From the IMG/VR virus record IMGVR_UViG_3300003873_000002, positions 90,124 to 154,123 of that record: a stretch of DNA of 64,000 nucleotides. One strand, given 5' to 3'. The position numbers and the translations under genes were made by a program. Shown in pieces: positions 42,795 through 53,053 of the stretch (within the stretch, counting starts at the first letter, position 1; each line of letters begins with the position of its first letter). The stretch is from a virus. The notes under the pieces were generated by a model. The model was not told the origin of the DNA. It ran no database searches and worked only from the letters and a program-made list of their open reading frames with translations.

Positions 42795-43553
42795 ATGAAC
42801 GAGCAAAAAGATTTTGTTTACAAAAGACTAATAAAAAAATATAATATGTCAATTGACCAATTTAATGACATTTATAATCAATATGAAGCAATGGAACCAT
42901 TTAAAATCAGTGAATCATGTTATGAAGTAGGATACAACATTAGTGATGAATTGCATTATATTATTAGATTGTCGACACAATATTTTATCACAAAGGCATT
43001 CAAAGCAATGAAGGTTGATTTAAGTGATGCGAATGTTGAAGAAAACATGGGTGAAGGAAATATCGGCACACCAGGTAGAGTAGCTAAAATGTGGTGTGGT
43101 GGTCATTTAAATGATGATTCAGAACATTTGAGCGGTCGATGGTCAAAAACACCAAGAATTGCAAGTTTTCCAAATACAACCAATAACAAACAACCTATTA
43201 CGAAACGAGTTAGCTTAATGAGTGTTTGTAGCCATCACTTAGCGCCATTTTCATCACTATTCAATGAAAATTCTGTTGCCACGATCTCATACATCCCAAA
43301 TAAACTTGTAATCGGAATTTCCAAGTTACAACGTCTAGTAGAATCTGTCGCAAGAAGGGGTTGGCTACAAGAAGATTTAACAAGAAAAATTTATGAAGAA
43401 GTAAGTAAAATTTGTGAAACAGAATCTGTTTCTGTTAAACTCGAAAATATTGAGCATACGTGTGAGACAACTAGGGGCGCAAAAAATCCAGAGGGTGGGT
43501 TTACATCTGTTTATGAGGGAGGTCAATTTTTAAATCATAAAATAAAAACTTAA
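42795..43553 (+). CDS. folE: GTP cyclohydrolase I
   Basis: TPGRVAKM, SVCSHHLAPF, IGISKLQR, LQE, EHTC..RG. Confidence 0.92.
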   Translation: MNEQKDFVYKRLIKKYNMSIDQFNDIYNQYEAMEPFKISESCYEVGYNISDELHYIIRLSTQYFITKAFKAMKVDLSDANVEENMGEGNIGTPGRVAKMWCGGHLNDDSEHLSGRWSKTPRIASFPNTTNNKQPITKRVSLMSVCSHHLAPFSSLFNENSVATISYIPNKLVIGISKLQRLVESVARRGWLQEDLTRKIYEEVSKICETESVSVKLENIEHTCETTRGAKNPEGGFTSVYEGGQFLNHKIKT

Positions 43554-43623
43554 CTTAAAATCATAAATGGTTGGCATTTTTTCCTTTAATAGCGTATAAT
43601 ATATAATATTAAAGGAGAACGTT

Positions 43624-43791
43624 ATGAAACCGATAGAACAGATAGAACAGATAGAACAGATGAAACAGATGAAACAGATGAAACAATCAAATGAAAAAAC
43701 TTTCAATTTTTTATTTGGTGAATTTTTTTATTTAGTAATTAGTGTTTTGATTTTATATTTGTGTGTCGCATATATTGTTGATTCTGTTTGA
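43624..43791 (+). CDS. Small membrane protein (55 aa)
   Basis: AAGGAG RBS; MKPIEQIEQIEQMKQMKQMKQ...FFYLVISVLILYLCVAYIVDSV. Confidence 0.5.
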   Translation: MKPIEQIEQIEQMKQMKQMKQSNEKTFNFLFGEFFYLVISVLILYLCVAYIVDSV

Positions 43792-43883
43792 TTCTGTTTG
43801 ATTCTGTTTGGTTCTGTTTGGTTCTGTTGAAATACAATATATTTATGATTAAACGTGCACTTTAAGCACACCAAAGGATAAAA

Positions 43884-46664
43884 ATGAGTTTACAATACGA
43901 AAATATTTTCCGTGCAGGTAACAAATATATCGAGCGGTTAAAAAATACAGAGACAGGTGATATTATTTTCCGCCGCTATAAACCACCATTTGAGGTTTTT
44001 ACACAAACCGAGGAAGAATCTGAATATAAATATATCCTAGACCAAAATATTAATTTAGAAAGAAACACATTCAATAGTGGTTATGAAATGAATGAGTTTA
44101 TTAAACTCTGTAAACAAATAAAAAGACCATTATATGGTAAATCAAATCCAATCAATACATATATTAGAGATAATTACTTTTTTAAACACGAAGGGTTTTC
44201 ATCGAGAATATGGCATTTAGATATTGAAGCAATCCCTGTAAAAGGTGAAGGATTTCCTGACCCGGTGGAAGCAAAATACCCAATTAATACTTTTCAAATT
44301 TATGATAATCTTGAAGAAAAAGTATTTATTATTATGTCTAGGGAATTATCTGAAGAATTTAAAACTGGGATGGTTGATAAGTATAAATGTGAAATCGATT
44401 TCATTATATGCAAAGATGAAATCGAAATGTTTGAACAATTCTTTAATCTATTAGATGATTTTAAACCCGCTATTATTGATGCATGGAACGGTGAGTTTTT
44501 CGATTTTCCATATATCACAAACAGAGCAAAAAATCTAATTGGTGTTAATCATTTGCGTTTAAGCCCGGTAAGGCATATTGATGAAAAACCAGTACAAACA
44601 GCAATGGATAATTTCAATAAAGTCATGTGGAGTGGAATTTCACTTATCGACACGATGGCTGCATATAAAAACTTTACATTCGTAACACAAGTAAGTTATT
44701 CATTAGATAATATTGCGAGTGTTGAATTGGGTGAAGGAAGTGGCAAAGTTGATTATGGTGAATTTAATAATATTATTGATTTTTATCACGGTGACCATGA
44801 AAAATTTATAGATTATGCAATCAAAGACGTAATAATTCTTAGAGATTTAGAATCAAAGCTTAATTTGTTGGAAATCATCCGAATGCTATCATATATGATG
44901 GGAATTGTTTATGATGATGCAATGGGAACAGTGAAACCATGGGGTTCGTATCTCACAAACACTTCATATCACGATAAATTAATCATGCCATTGGATGAAA
45001 AGCACGAAATAGAAGAATCTATCGTTGGTGGATTTGTTAAACAACCATCAGTGGGATTACATGAATTTGTAATTTCTATTGACTACAACTCTTTATATCC
45101 AAGTAAATTGGATTCACAAAATATGAGCATCGAAACATACATCAAACCTGATGATTTGCCAGATGAACTCAAAACGTTCTATTATAATAATATGATTGGG
45201 CAAGATGAATCAAAATTTGAAAATAAAGAACTTCAGAAGGAAATTAAAAAATTAACAAACAAATACAACGTTAGTTTTGGTACAAACGCATTCTTTTCCA
45301 ACGAAAAAAAGGGTATTATCCCAACAATCGTTACTGATATTTATGCATCACGCAAAATAGATAAATTAAAGATGTTAAAATATAATGTGATGATTACTCA
45401 AATCGATAACGCTTTAATTAATGTTACAGATGATGATAAAAGCGGTTTTGTATACGACTTGAACCGCATCGAAGAAAATATTGCAGAATTTGATGAATTA
45501 AACAATGTTGACCTATCCAATGTATCAAAAACAGCACTTATGGAAACAAAAGATCATTGTGTAATTAAAGCAGCTTACTGGGAAACCAGTCAGATGGTTA
45601 AAAAAATCAACATCAACTCATTGTATGGCGCACTTGGTAACGCATTTTTTGTTGGATTTAATGATAATATAGCGAAAAGTATTACGGGCACAGGTAGATT
45701 AATTATTAGATTGACTGGTAATTATATTGAACAAAAATTAAACGACATTTTGGGTAAAAGTGATGAACCTAGATGGGTGTATACAGATACAGATAGTTGT
45801 TATTTTGAGTTAAAAGACCTTAAAAATATGTTGTGTAAAAAACTTTTCGACAAAGATTATAGTGATATTAGTTATGAACAGCGTCAGATTATTTTAGAGA
45901 AAACATTGAATTTTACTGATGAGTATATCAATAAATGGGTAGATGAAATTATAGCTTATTATATGGACTTTTCACATAGTTATGATAATATTATACTTGG
46001 CGCTAAACTTGAAAAAATTGCAGACAAGGGATTGTTTGTAGCAAAGAAAAAATACTCCCTGAGAGTAATTTATGATGAAGGAAATATTCTACTTGAACAC
46101 CCAAAAGTTAAAACTTCAGGGCTTGAGATTGTAAGGTCATCTACACCATCATTTTGCAAAAGCAAATTATATGAAGGAATGTACAATATTTTTGAGTACG
46201 ATGAATTATACCTCCAAGATTATTTTAAAACAGTTAGAGATGAGTTTGTTAAACAACCAATTGAAAAAATATCAAAAGTGTCTGGTGTTTCTAATTTAAA
46301 CTATAAACTCGATGCAAAAGGTTTTTATAGAATAAATCCAGAAACAAACAAGCGAGTTCCTTGCCCAATTAATTCAAGAGCTGCATTAGTCCACAACATA
46401 ATAGTACAAAAACTTAACTTAACAGATTTTCAACTTATTACTGCTGGCGAAAAAATAAAATACTGTCATTTGTTGCTACCCAATCCATATATGTCAAATA
46501 TTGTGGGATATATGGATGAACGATTTATTGAAGAAGCGAATCTCGCCGAATTTATCGACTATGATACTTGCTTTGAAAAAAACTTTATTAAACCATTAGA
46601 AATTATGCTAGATGCAATTGGTTGGAGTGCAGTAAAACAAACAAATATTGATGAGTGGATTTAA
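43884..46664 (+). CDS. gp43: Family B DNA polymerase
   Basis: DIE exonuclease motif, WNGEFFDFPY, DYNSLYPS, KININSLYG, YTDTDS, KKKY. Confidence 0.97.
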   Translation: MSLQYENIFRAGNKYIERLKNTETGDIIFRRYKPPFEVFTQTEEESEYKYILDQNINLERNTFNSGYEMNEFIKLCKQIKRPLYGKSNPINTYIRDNYFFKHEGFSSRIWHLDIEAIPVKGEGFPDPVEAKYPINTFQIYDNLEEKVFIIMSRELSEEFKTGMVDKYKCEIDFIICKDEIEMFEQFFNLLDDFKPAIIDAWNGEFFDFPYITNRAKNLIGVNHLRLSPVRHIDEKPVQTAMDNFNKVMWSGISLIDTMAAYKNFTFVTQVSYSLDNIASVELGEGSGKVDYGEFNNIIDFYHGDHEKFIDYAIKDVIILRDLESKLNLLEIIRMLSYMMGIVYDDAMGTVKPWGSYLTNTSYHDKLIMPLDEKHEIEESIVGGFVKQPSVGLHEFVISIDYNSLYPSKLDSQNMSIETYIKPDDLPDELKTFYYNNMIGQDESKFENKELQKEIKKLTNKYNVSFGTNAFFSNEKKGIIPTIVTDIYASRKIDKLKMLKYNVMITQIDNALINVTDDDKSGFVYDLNRIEENIAEFDELNNVDLSNVSKTALMETKDHCVIKAAYWETSQMVKKININSLYGALGNAFFVGFNDNIAKSITGTGRLIIRLTGNYIEQKLNDILGKSDEPRWVYTDTDSCYFELKDLKNMLCKKLFDKDYSDISYEQRQIILEKTLNFTDEYINKWVDEIIAYYMDFSHSYDNIILGAKLEKIADKGLFVAKKKYSLRVIYDEGNILLEHPKVKTSGLEIVRSSTPSFCKSKLYEGMYNIFEYDELYLQDYFKTVRDEFVKQPIEKISKVSGVSNLNYKLDAKGFYRINPETNKRVPCPINSRAALVHNIIVQKLNLTDFQLITAGEKIKYCHLLLPNPYMSNIVGYMDERFIEEANLAEFIDYDTCFEKNFIKPLEIMLDAIGWSAVKQTNIDEWI

Positions 46665-46802
46665 AAATAAATATTGATATTATATTATTTGTGTTATATA
46701 ATATCGACATAATATCGACATAATACCATTATAATATTTTTAATAGTCAAATAAATTAAAATAAATTAAAATAAATTAAAACAATATCATAAAGGATGAA
46801 TA

Positions 46803-47621
46803 ATGAAATATAACATCAAAAAAAGATTCAGAGATTGGGTTGCAAAATTAACTACTAAAAACTGCAAAATTTATTATCCCAGAGATAGCAATTACCTCAA
46901 CAATGTATTTTATGCGGATGAAAATTATAACGAAGATAATTATACTATCCGAGGTGTTTATAGCATTGATAATCAAAATCGCATCAAGATGCTAGAAGAA
47001 ATGTTTAATATTCAAGAAATTATGAATAATCGGATTGATGAAAAATGGCGATCACGTAATAACGACTATGGGATTGCAGCAATTCTTGAAAGTGCAGAAT
47101 TGATTGACCATCTAGATTGGAAATGGTGGAAAAGTGGAAAAAATGATATTAAACAGGCGTATATCGAGTCTATCGATATTCATCACTTTTTAATGTCTAT
47201 TATTGTAGATCCAAATAAAAATAATTTATTTGCTGAGTATTTGCTATCATCAACATATGATGAACACACGTATAATTTTGATATCAAGAGTATTGAGAAC
47301 ACCACATTAGAGATGATTGAATATATATTGAGTTATAATAAAACATGTGATGAAGATGATATTTTAAACGCAATTGCATGCAATATAAGAATATCATTTA
47401 TGCTATGTGGTGATTTTGAAAAATTTTATAAAACTTATATTGGTAAAAATGCTCTTAATATGTTCAGACAAGATAATGGTTATAATGATGGCACATATAT
47501 CAAAATTTGGAATGGTGAAGAAGACAATGTTTATCTTGAAAAAATAATGCAAACAAATAATGTTTTTAGTGATATTTATAATGGTTTGGAGCTGGCATAT
47601 AAAGAAATAATCATTAATTAA
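46803..47621 (+). CDS. Dimeric (all-alpha) dUTPase family NTP pyrophosphatase
   Basis: ESAELID..WKWWK, ESIDIHHF, KNALNMFRQDNGY..G.Y.K.W.GEEDN. Confidence 0.85.
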   Translation: MKYNIKKRFRDWVAKLTTKNCKIYYPRDSNYLNNVFYADENYNEDNYTIRGVYSIDNQNRIKMLEEMFNIQEIMNNRIDEKWRSRNNDYGIAAILESAELIDHLDWKWWKSGKNDIKQAYIESIDIHHFLMSIIVDPNKNNLFAEYLLSSTYDEHTYNFDIKSIENTTLEMIEYILSYNKTCDEDDILNAIACNIRISFMLCGDFEKFYKTYIGKNALNMFRQDNGYNDGTYIKIWNGEEDNVYLEKIMQTNNVFSDIYNGLELAYKEIIIN

Positions 47622-47651
47622 ATATTTTTTTTAATATAATGTGAGAATACA

Positions 47652-48350
47652 ATGGGCACAAATATGGATCACACAGATCACACAGATGGTGAATATACAC
47701 ACAATAATCTTAAATTTGATGATAAAATATGTAGTTTAGAATGTTTTAAAACCGCTATGATGAAAAGAATGGATGATATCAAAAAGAATAAACTTGATAT
47801 CAATGAAACATTACACGAAATATCACATTCACATGTACTCGCAGAAAAAGTACAAGACGAATATAACAAAATCAAAAATCGTGATATAAATTATTTAAGC
47901 GAATTATATGAAGGGATGTATACAAAAAATAAATTTATACGCCTTATTAAAATATTATTGGGAAAAATACCATCCAAACAAAAATTTATCACTAAACATA
48001 TTTGTAGACTCACATATGAAGATTTTTTGGATATTATTAAATCAGATAAAATAATTAATTTAACCGGGAATGGAAGTGAGTCGCCCCAGTTTTTTCGGGT
48101 TTTTAATAATTTTTCATCCTCAGTTAAAGATAGTATAATACTCGCAAATAAACTAAAGACTTCAAAATATGACCTAATAAATGAATTAAAATTTCTAAGC
48201 GAGTTGTTGAATATAGTGACAACACAACAGCAAGAACAGGTTGTTAAATATATAAATTCATTAAAACATGAACAATTATTGTATTTAAAGTCACTAAAAC
48301 AAGAACAATTGGCATATTTAGTGTCTTTAGAATCTGATGAACATCAATAA
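47652..48350 (+). CDS. Hypothetical protein
   Basis: 232 aa ORF. Confidence 0.55.
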   Translation: MGTNMDHTDHTDGEYTHNNLKFDDKICSLECFKTAMMKRMDDIKKNKLDINETLHEISHSHVLAEKVQDEYNKIKNRDINYLSELYEGMYTKNKFIRLIKILLGKIPSKQKFITKHICRLTYEDFLDIIKSDKIINLTGNGSESPQFFRVFNNFSSSVKDSIILANKLKTSKYDLINELKFLSELLNIVTTQQQEQVVKYINSLKHEQLLYLKSLKQEQLAYLVSLESDEHQ

Positions 48351-48371
48351 CCACCATTAAACGGGAAATAA

Positions 48372-50195
48372 ATGAGTATCATTGCAACAGATATAAATGA
48401 AAGCTTTGTTAAGTTTAATTTTGAAAAATTGGCTGACCCCATGACGGCTAAAAAAATGCTTGATAGTATTCTTGCGGTGTACGTGGATAACTTCAAATTT
48501 AATCCCGAATTTCGATCTGGTGTATGGGATGGAAAGAAAAGATTTTATAAAATTGTTGATGGTGAAATGTATGCACCAAAAGGACTTATAAAATCAATTA
48601 TAAAGTTTATGAGTCAGCATTATAATATTGAATACACACCAACATCTTATTTGAACATTACCCGTGATGAATTAGAAGATTTTATACAGTCGCTTAATCT
48701 ACCATTTAAACCATATGATTTCCAGTTCGAGTATATTTATAACTCAATCAACGAAGGCAGAAATGTGGGTATTTCATGCACATCTAGTGGAAAATCCCTT
48801 ATGATTTATATTATCATGCGATGGATGGTATCACAAGGCATGAAATCTGTTCTAATAGTTCCAAATATTTCCTTGGTTGCACAAATGAACGATGATTTCA
48901 AATCATATGGAATTGATATTAATGTTCACTTAATAACCGCAGGGAAACCGAAACATTTCGACGAGCAAATTACAATAACTACGTGGCAGTCAATATATAA
49001 ACACAGTGAATTGTTTAAAGATATTGACTGCATTATTGTTGATGAAGTTCATAGGGCTAAAGGTGATTCACTTCAGGATATCATGTCATCAGCTACAAAT
49101 ACCAAATACAGATTTGGTGTTACTGGCACCCTACCACGACCAATTGACGAAAAAATGACAGTAGTATCTGCATTTGGCAAAACAAGAAAAGTTATTAATT
49201 CAATGTCTTTAATAGATTACGGACTGGCTACACCCATAGAAATACAGATGATTTTCGGCAAATATAGTGATGATGATATGGCCAAATTCAGAAGTGGCTG
49301 CACAGGAAATGCATACCAATCTGAAAAAAAATTTATTGAAACACACACAAATAGAAACAAAATAATTGCTGAGATGGCAAATAAAATTTCATCAAAAACT
49401 GGCAATACATTTGTGATGTTTGGCACAATAGCACATGGAAAATTTCTTCTTTCATTAATACTCGCTGAACGTTATAAAATAGATTATAATAATATTAAAG
49501 TGGTAGATAAGATAACTAATAAATCTATTAATGATATATATGAAAGTTGTATGGGTTATGCAGGTTGTAGTTTTAATAATTCACACTTCTTTATTAATGG
49601 CGTGTTTAATGAAGAAACAAAAAAACAAATTAGGAAGTTTCTTATCTCCAGAAAAAATAAATACACCAAGGAATTAAAAAATAAACCAAATAAACCAAAT
49701 AAACAACACGAAGTATTTATCAATTCAATTGATGATAATATAGATATTTTTATCAGTAGGTTTAAATCACTACAAGATGAAGATGTTTATATTGTATATG
49801 GTGATATTGAAGCAAAACAACGTGAAGAAGTAAGAAAAATTTTAGAAACAAAAGAAACAGCGATTGTGCTTGGTTCGTTCCCCACAATGAGTACAGGTAT
49901 AAGCATTAAACGACTTCATAATGTTATTCTGGGCTCATCTATAAAATCGTTTATAACACTAAACCAAATTATTGGGCGATTAATGCGATTATATGATGGA
50001 AAGGATAAAGCAAAATTATGGGACTTCGTTGATGATTTAACACCAAGCAATGGCAATGAATGCACCATGATTAAACACTCTAATGAAAGGATTGAAATTT
50101 ATTTTGATAATGAATATCCTATATTAACAAACGATATTAAAATTCCAAGTGATTGTGTTAGTGATGGCGACAAGCTTATGCAGTCATGGATTTAG
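48372..50195 (+). CDS. uvsW: UvsW-like SF2 helicase
   Basis: GVWDGK, TSSGKS, TTWQS, DEVH, GVTGT, STGISIKRLH, QIIGR. Confidence 0.92.
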   Translation: MSIIATDINESFVKFNFEKLADPMTAKKMLDSILAVYVDNFKFNPEFRSGVWDGKKRFYKIVDGEMYAPKGLIKSIIKFMSQHYNIEYTPTSYLNITRDELEDFIQSLNLPFKPYDFQFEYIYNSINEGRNVGISCTSSGKSLMIYIIMRWMVSQGMKSVLIVPNISLVAQMNDDFKSYGIDINVHLITAGKPKHFDEQITITTWQSIYKHSELFKDIDCIIVDEVHRAKGDSLQDIMSSATNTKYRFGVTGTLPRPIDEKMTVVSAFGKTRKVINSMSLIDYGLATPIEIQMIFGKYSDDDMAKFRSGCTGNAYQSEKKFIETHTNRNKIIAEMANKISSKTGNTFVMFGTIAHGKFLLSLILAERYKIDYNNIKVVDKITNKSINDIYESCMGYAGCSFNNSHFFINGVFNEETKKQIRKFLISRKNKYTKELKNKPNKPNKQHEVFINSIDDNIDIFISRFKSLQDEDVYIVYGDIEAKQREEVRKILETKETAIVLGSFPTMSTGISIKRLHNVILGSSIKSFITLNQIIGRLMRLYDGKDKAKLWDFVDDLTPSNGNECTMIKHSNERIEIYFDNEYPILTNDIKIPSDCVSDGDKLMQSWI

Positions 50196-50570
50196 AAGAT
50201 TTTGTGTATATTTGACACAGTTGGTATAAATAAAGTATGAATGAAGTATGAAGATAGTATGGAGGAATTACAGACTCTTTTCAAGTAAGGACCATGGTAT
50301 AGTCCACACCCATTGATTTAGTGTGGGTATATCGCGGGCGCGGAGTTAGAATAGCATGGGTATGGTACACGCAGCACAAAATGCTCCGAATGTGGTGAAA
50401 AATTAAGTATTTATAATTAATTAAGAATCATTAAGAAATAATCGAAAATAAATTAATAATAATGAAAATATTGATTAACAAATAATAACAAATAATAACG
50501 AAATTTAATCGAAAATACTCATAACAACAAATGATTTAAACAAAAGCAACGTATAGTAAATGATTTAAAC

Positions 50571-50872
50571 AAAATAACCAACTTAAACGAAAAATAACAA
50601 AAATAACAAAAAATAACAAAAAATAACAAAAAATAACAAAAAATAACAAAAAATAACAAAAAATAACAAAAATAACAAAAATAACAAAAATAACAAAAAT
50701 AACAAAAAATAAATGTTGAAATTAATACATAATGTGTGTTATAATATACGTATAGAAACACATGTATATTTTTAACTACGAAAAATAACCAACTTAAACG
50801 AAAAATAACGAAAAATAACGAAAAATAACGAAAAATAAATGTTGAAATTATATGCAATGTGTGTTATAATAT
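50571..50872 (+). promoter_or_regulatory. Tandem duplicated promoters with A-tract arrays upstream of sliding clamp
   Basis: Two units AACCAACTTAAACG-(AAAAATAAC)n-TTGAAA-N18/N17-TATAAT, each with TGn extended -10. Confidence 0.65.
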
Positions 50873-50927
50873 AAATGTATTGAACACCAATATATTTTTG
50901 ACCGCGGATTAAACGAAAGGATAAAGA

Positions 50928-51629
50928 ATGTTAACGACAGAAACAAAAAACTACATCAAAATGATGTCAAACATCTCAGACTCAGCCATTATTCGATGGC
51001 CAGTAACAAATTTCAACCCGACTGATAAATCGGTAATTGCATTTATTGATTTAGAAAAATTAGGTGAACCATCCTTTGAACAATTTGGTATCTATAGAAT
51101 TTCAGAATTTCTCCAGTTACTTGATTATTATGATGATGCATCAGTTAGTCTAGATAATAATGTTATTACTATCAAAAGTGATTCAACAGTACAAAGATAT
51201 ATTACAACAAATGAAAATAATTTATCTTCTTTCAGTGTATCACCAGCAATCTTAGATAAAATTTCCGAAGCACCATTAGCGTGTTCAATTCATGTTTCTA
51301 AAGAAGAAATGGATAGAATTAAAAAAATTAGTAACCTCTTGAGTCTGCACGAATTGGGTATTAAATCAGTAAATGGTGAAATTATTTTTACAATCCAAGC
51401 TGATTCAAATAAATCAAACATCCAGGCACAAAATGATAATAAAACTATCATGGAAGGCACATCAAATGAAGATTTTGCAATTGCAATGAAAATTGAAAGT
51501 ATCCAAAAATTACCAAACTGTGATTATAATGTAGAAATCCACCGTAATGCATCATCAGGTAATTTTATTACTCAATGGGACGCAGTTGATTTACCTATTA
51601 AAATTGTTGTGATGCCTAAAGCAGAGTAA
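50928..51629 (+). CDS. gp45: Sliding clamp
   Basis: FGIYRISEFL, size about 230 aa, replication-cluster context. Confidence 0.75.
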   Translation: MLTTETKNYIKMMSNISDSAIIRWPVTNFNPTDKSVIAFIDLEKLGEPSFEQFGIYRISEFLQLLDYYDDASVSLDNNVITIKSDSTVQRYITTNENNLSSFSVSPAILDKISEAPLACSIHVSKEEMDRIKKISNLLSLHELGIKSVNGEIIFTIQADSNKSNIQAQNDNKTIMEGTSNEDFAIAMKIESIQKLPNCDYNVEIHRNASSGNFITQWDAVDLPIKIVVMPKAE

Positions 51630-51826
51630 TATTTTTAATTTTTAATTCAAATAAATTAACTAACCCAACATTAATTTATAAATAAGGAAGCAAAAATGTA
51701 GTAAAATATAACAAAAACAACAAACGTAACAAAAACAACAAACGTAACAAAAACAACAAACGTAACAAACGCAATAAAACACAATAAAACGCAATAAAAC
51801 GACAATTAATAGAAGAGAGGAATAAT

Positions 51827-52870
51827 ATGTTTAACTTAAATTGGGACCAACTAAAAGGCAATACAGACGAAAGTATTTTTTCAAAAAAGGATTCATTCAA
51901 AGATAATCGTTTCTGGAAACTTTCACGAGGTGAAGATGAAACTGGTAGTGCCATTATCCGTTTATTACCAGATATGGATGGAACACCTATTATCAAAATG
52001 TTCGAACATTCAATTGCTATTTATAACAAAGCAGCTGGAAAGAAACGTTATTATATTGAAGATTCACCTGCATCGATTGGTTTACCATGCCCAGCCACAG
52101 AAAGATATTTTGAAATCGGTAAGCGCGAAACAAATTCACCAGCAGAAGAAGCTGCAAAAAAAGAAGAGCAAAGATTATATTCACGCAAAGTAACATTTAT
52201 TACAAATATTTTAGTAGTAAATGACCCAGCAAACCCAGAAAATAATGGTAAAGTATTTTTATGGAAATTTGGTGCAAAATTGCTAAGTAAATTTACATCA
52301 GCGCTTGAACCATCGGATGCTGATAAAGCACTTGGTATCCAGCCAATACAATTATTTCACCCACAACTAGGTGCAAATATTTTCTTGAAAATCAAAAAGG
52401 CAGATAATTTCTTTACATATGATGATACCGTTGTTATGCCACAATCTTCAGTGTGCACAGATGATGAATTGAATGGTTTAATCGAAAAGACGCATCGACT
52501 TTCTGAATTTTTAACACCGGAACATTATAAGTCATATGAAGAACTTTCTAAAAAATTAGCATATGTAGAGGGAAAGGATGTTGATTTTACCAAAGGAAAT
52601 GCCACACAGACGACGACCACCGCGCAGGTTCAGCAAGCACAACCAGCTACACAAGCGAATGTTGAAGCGACTACACAAGCGACTACGACTGAGACTACGA
52701 CTGAGACCACGACTGAGACCACGACTGTACAAGCAAACGCTCAAGTACTTGGACAACAAGCGCAAGCACCGTGGGATGAATCCACACCACAGACGCAACA
52801 TGCGCAACAGGCACAACAGGCACAACCCAAATCAGAAAACTCAGATTTGGACTTTTTAAACGATTTATAA
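51827..52870 (+). CDS. gp32: Single-stranded DNA-binding protein
   Basis: DNRFWKL, AIIRLLP, NILVVNDPANPENNGKVF, GAN..LKIK, acidic tip LDFLNDL. Confidence 0.92.
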   Translation: MFNLNWDQLKGNTDESIFSKKDSFKDNRFWKLSRGEDETGSAIIRLLPDMDGTPIIKMFEHSIAIYNKAAGKKRYYIEDSPASIGLPCPATERYFEIGKRETNSPAEEAAKKEEQRLYSRKVTFITNILVVNDPANPENNGKVFLWKFGAKLLSKFTSALEPSDADKALGIQPIQLFHPQLGANIFLKIKKADNFFTYDDTVVMPQSSVCTDDELNGLIEKTHRLSEFLTPEHYKSYEELSKKLAYVEGKDVDFTKGNATQTTTTAQVQQAQPATQANVEATTQATTTETTTETTTETTTVQANAQVLGQQAQAPWDESTPQTQHAQQAQQAQPKSENSDLDFLNDL

Positions 52871-53053
52871 GTCCAGAGTTGAGTTATAAGTTAATGTGTT
52901 AAATTAAATTGAGTTAAATTGAGTTAAAATGAGTTAAATTGAGTTAAATTAAGGCAATGCATTAGTTTATAGGTAGTAAGGTTTATTGGGCCATTGTAAT
53001 TTTGCATTGGCCTATTTTTATTTAAAATGAGCTGCAGCTCATGAAGGAAAGAT

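Noticed and set aside
23764-50195. Inteins or introns in nrdA, gp41, gp43, uvsW
   Set aside because: Frames are continuous; inserts lack C/S...HN-C/S/T junctions and homing-endonuclease motifs
50241-50420. TAG stop-codon recoding
   Set aside because: The frame is also broken by TAA, and conserved genes (nrdB, queC, uvsW, PAAR) end normally at TAG
50519-50857. Minus-strand hydrophobic ORF (also 51676-51996, 30552-30758, 40414-40803)
   Set aside because: Artefacts of translating tandem-repeat arrays
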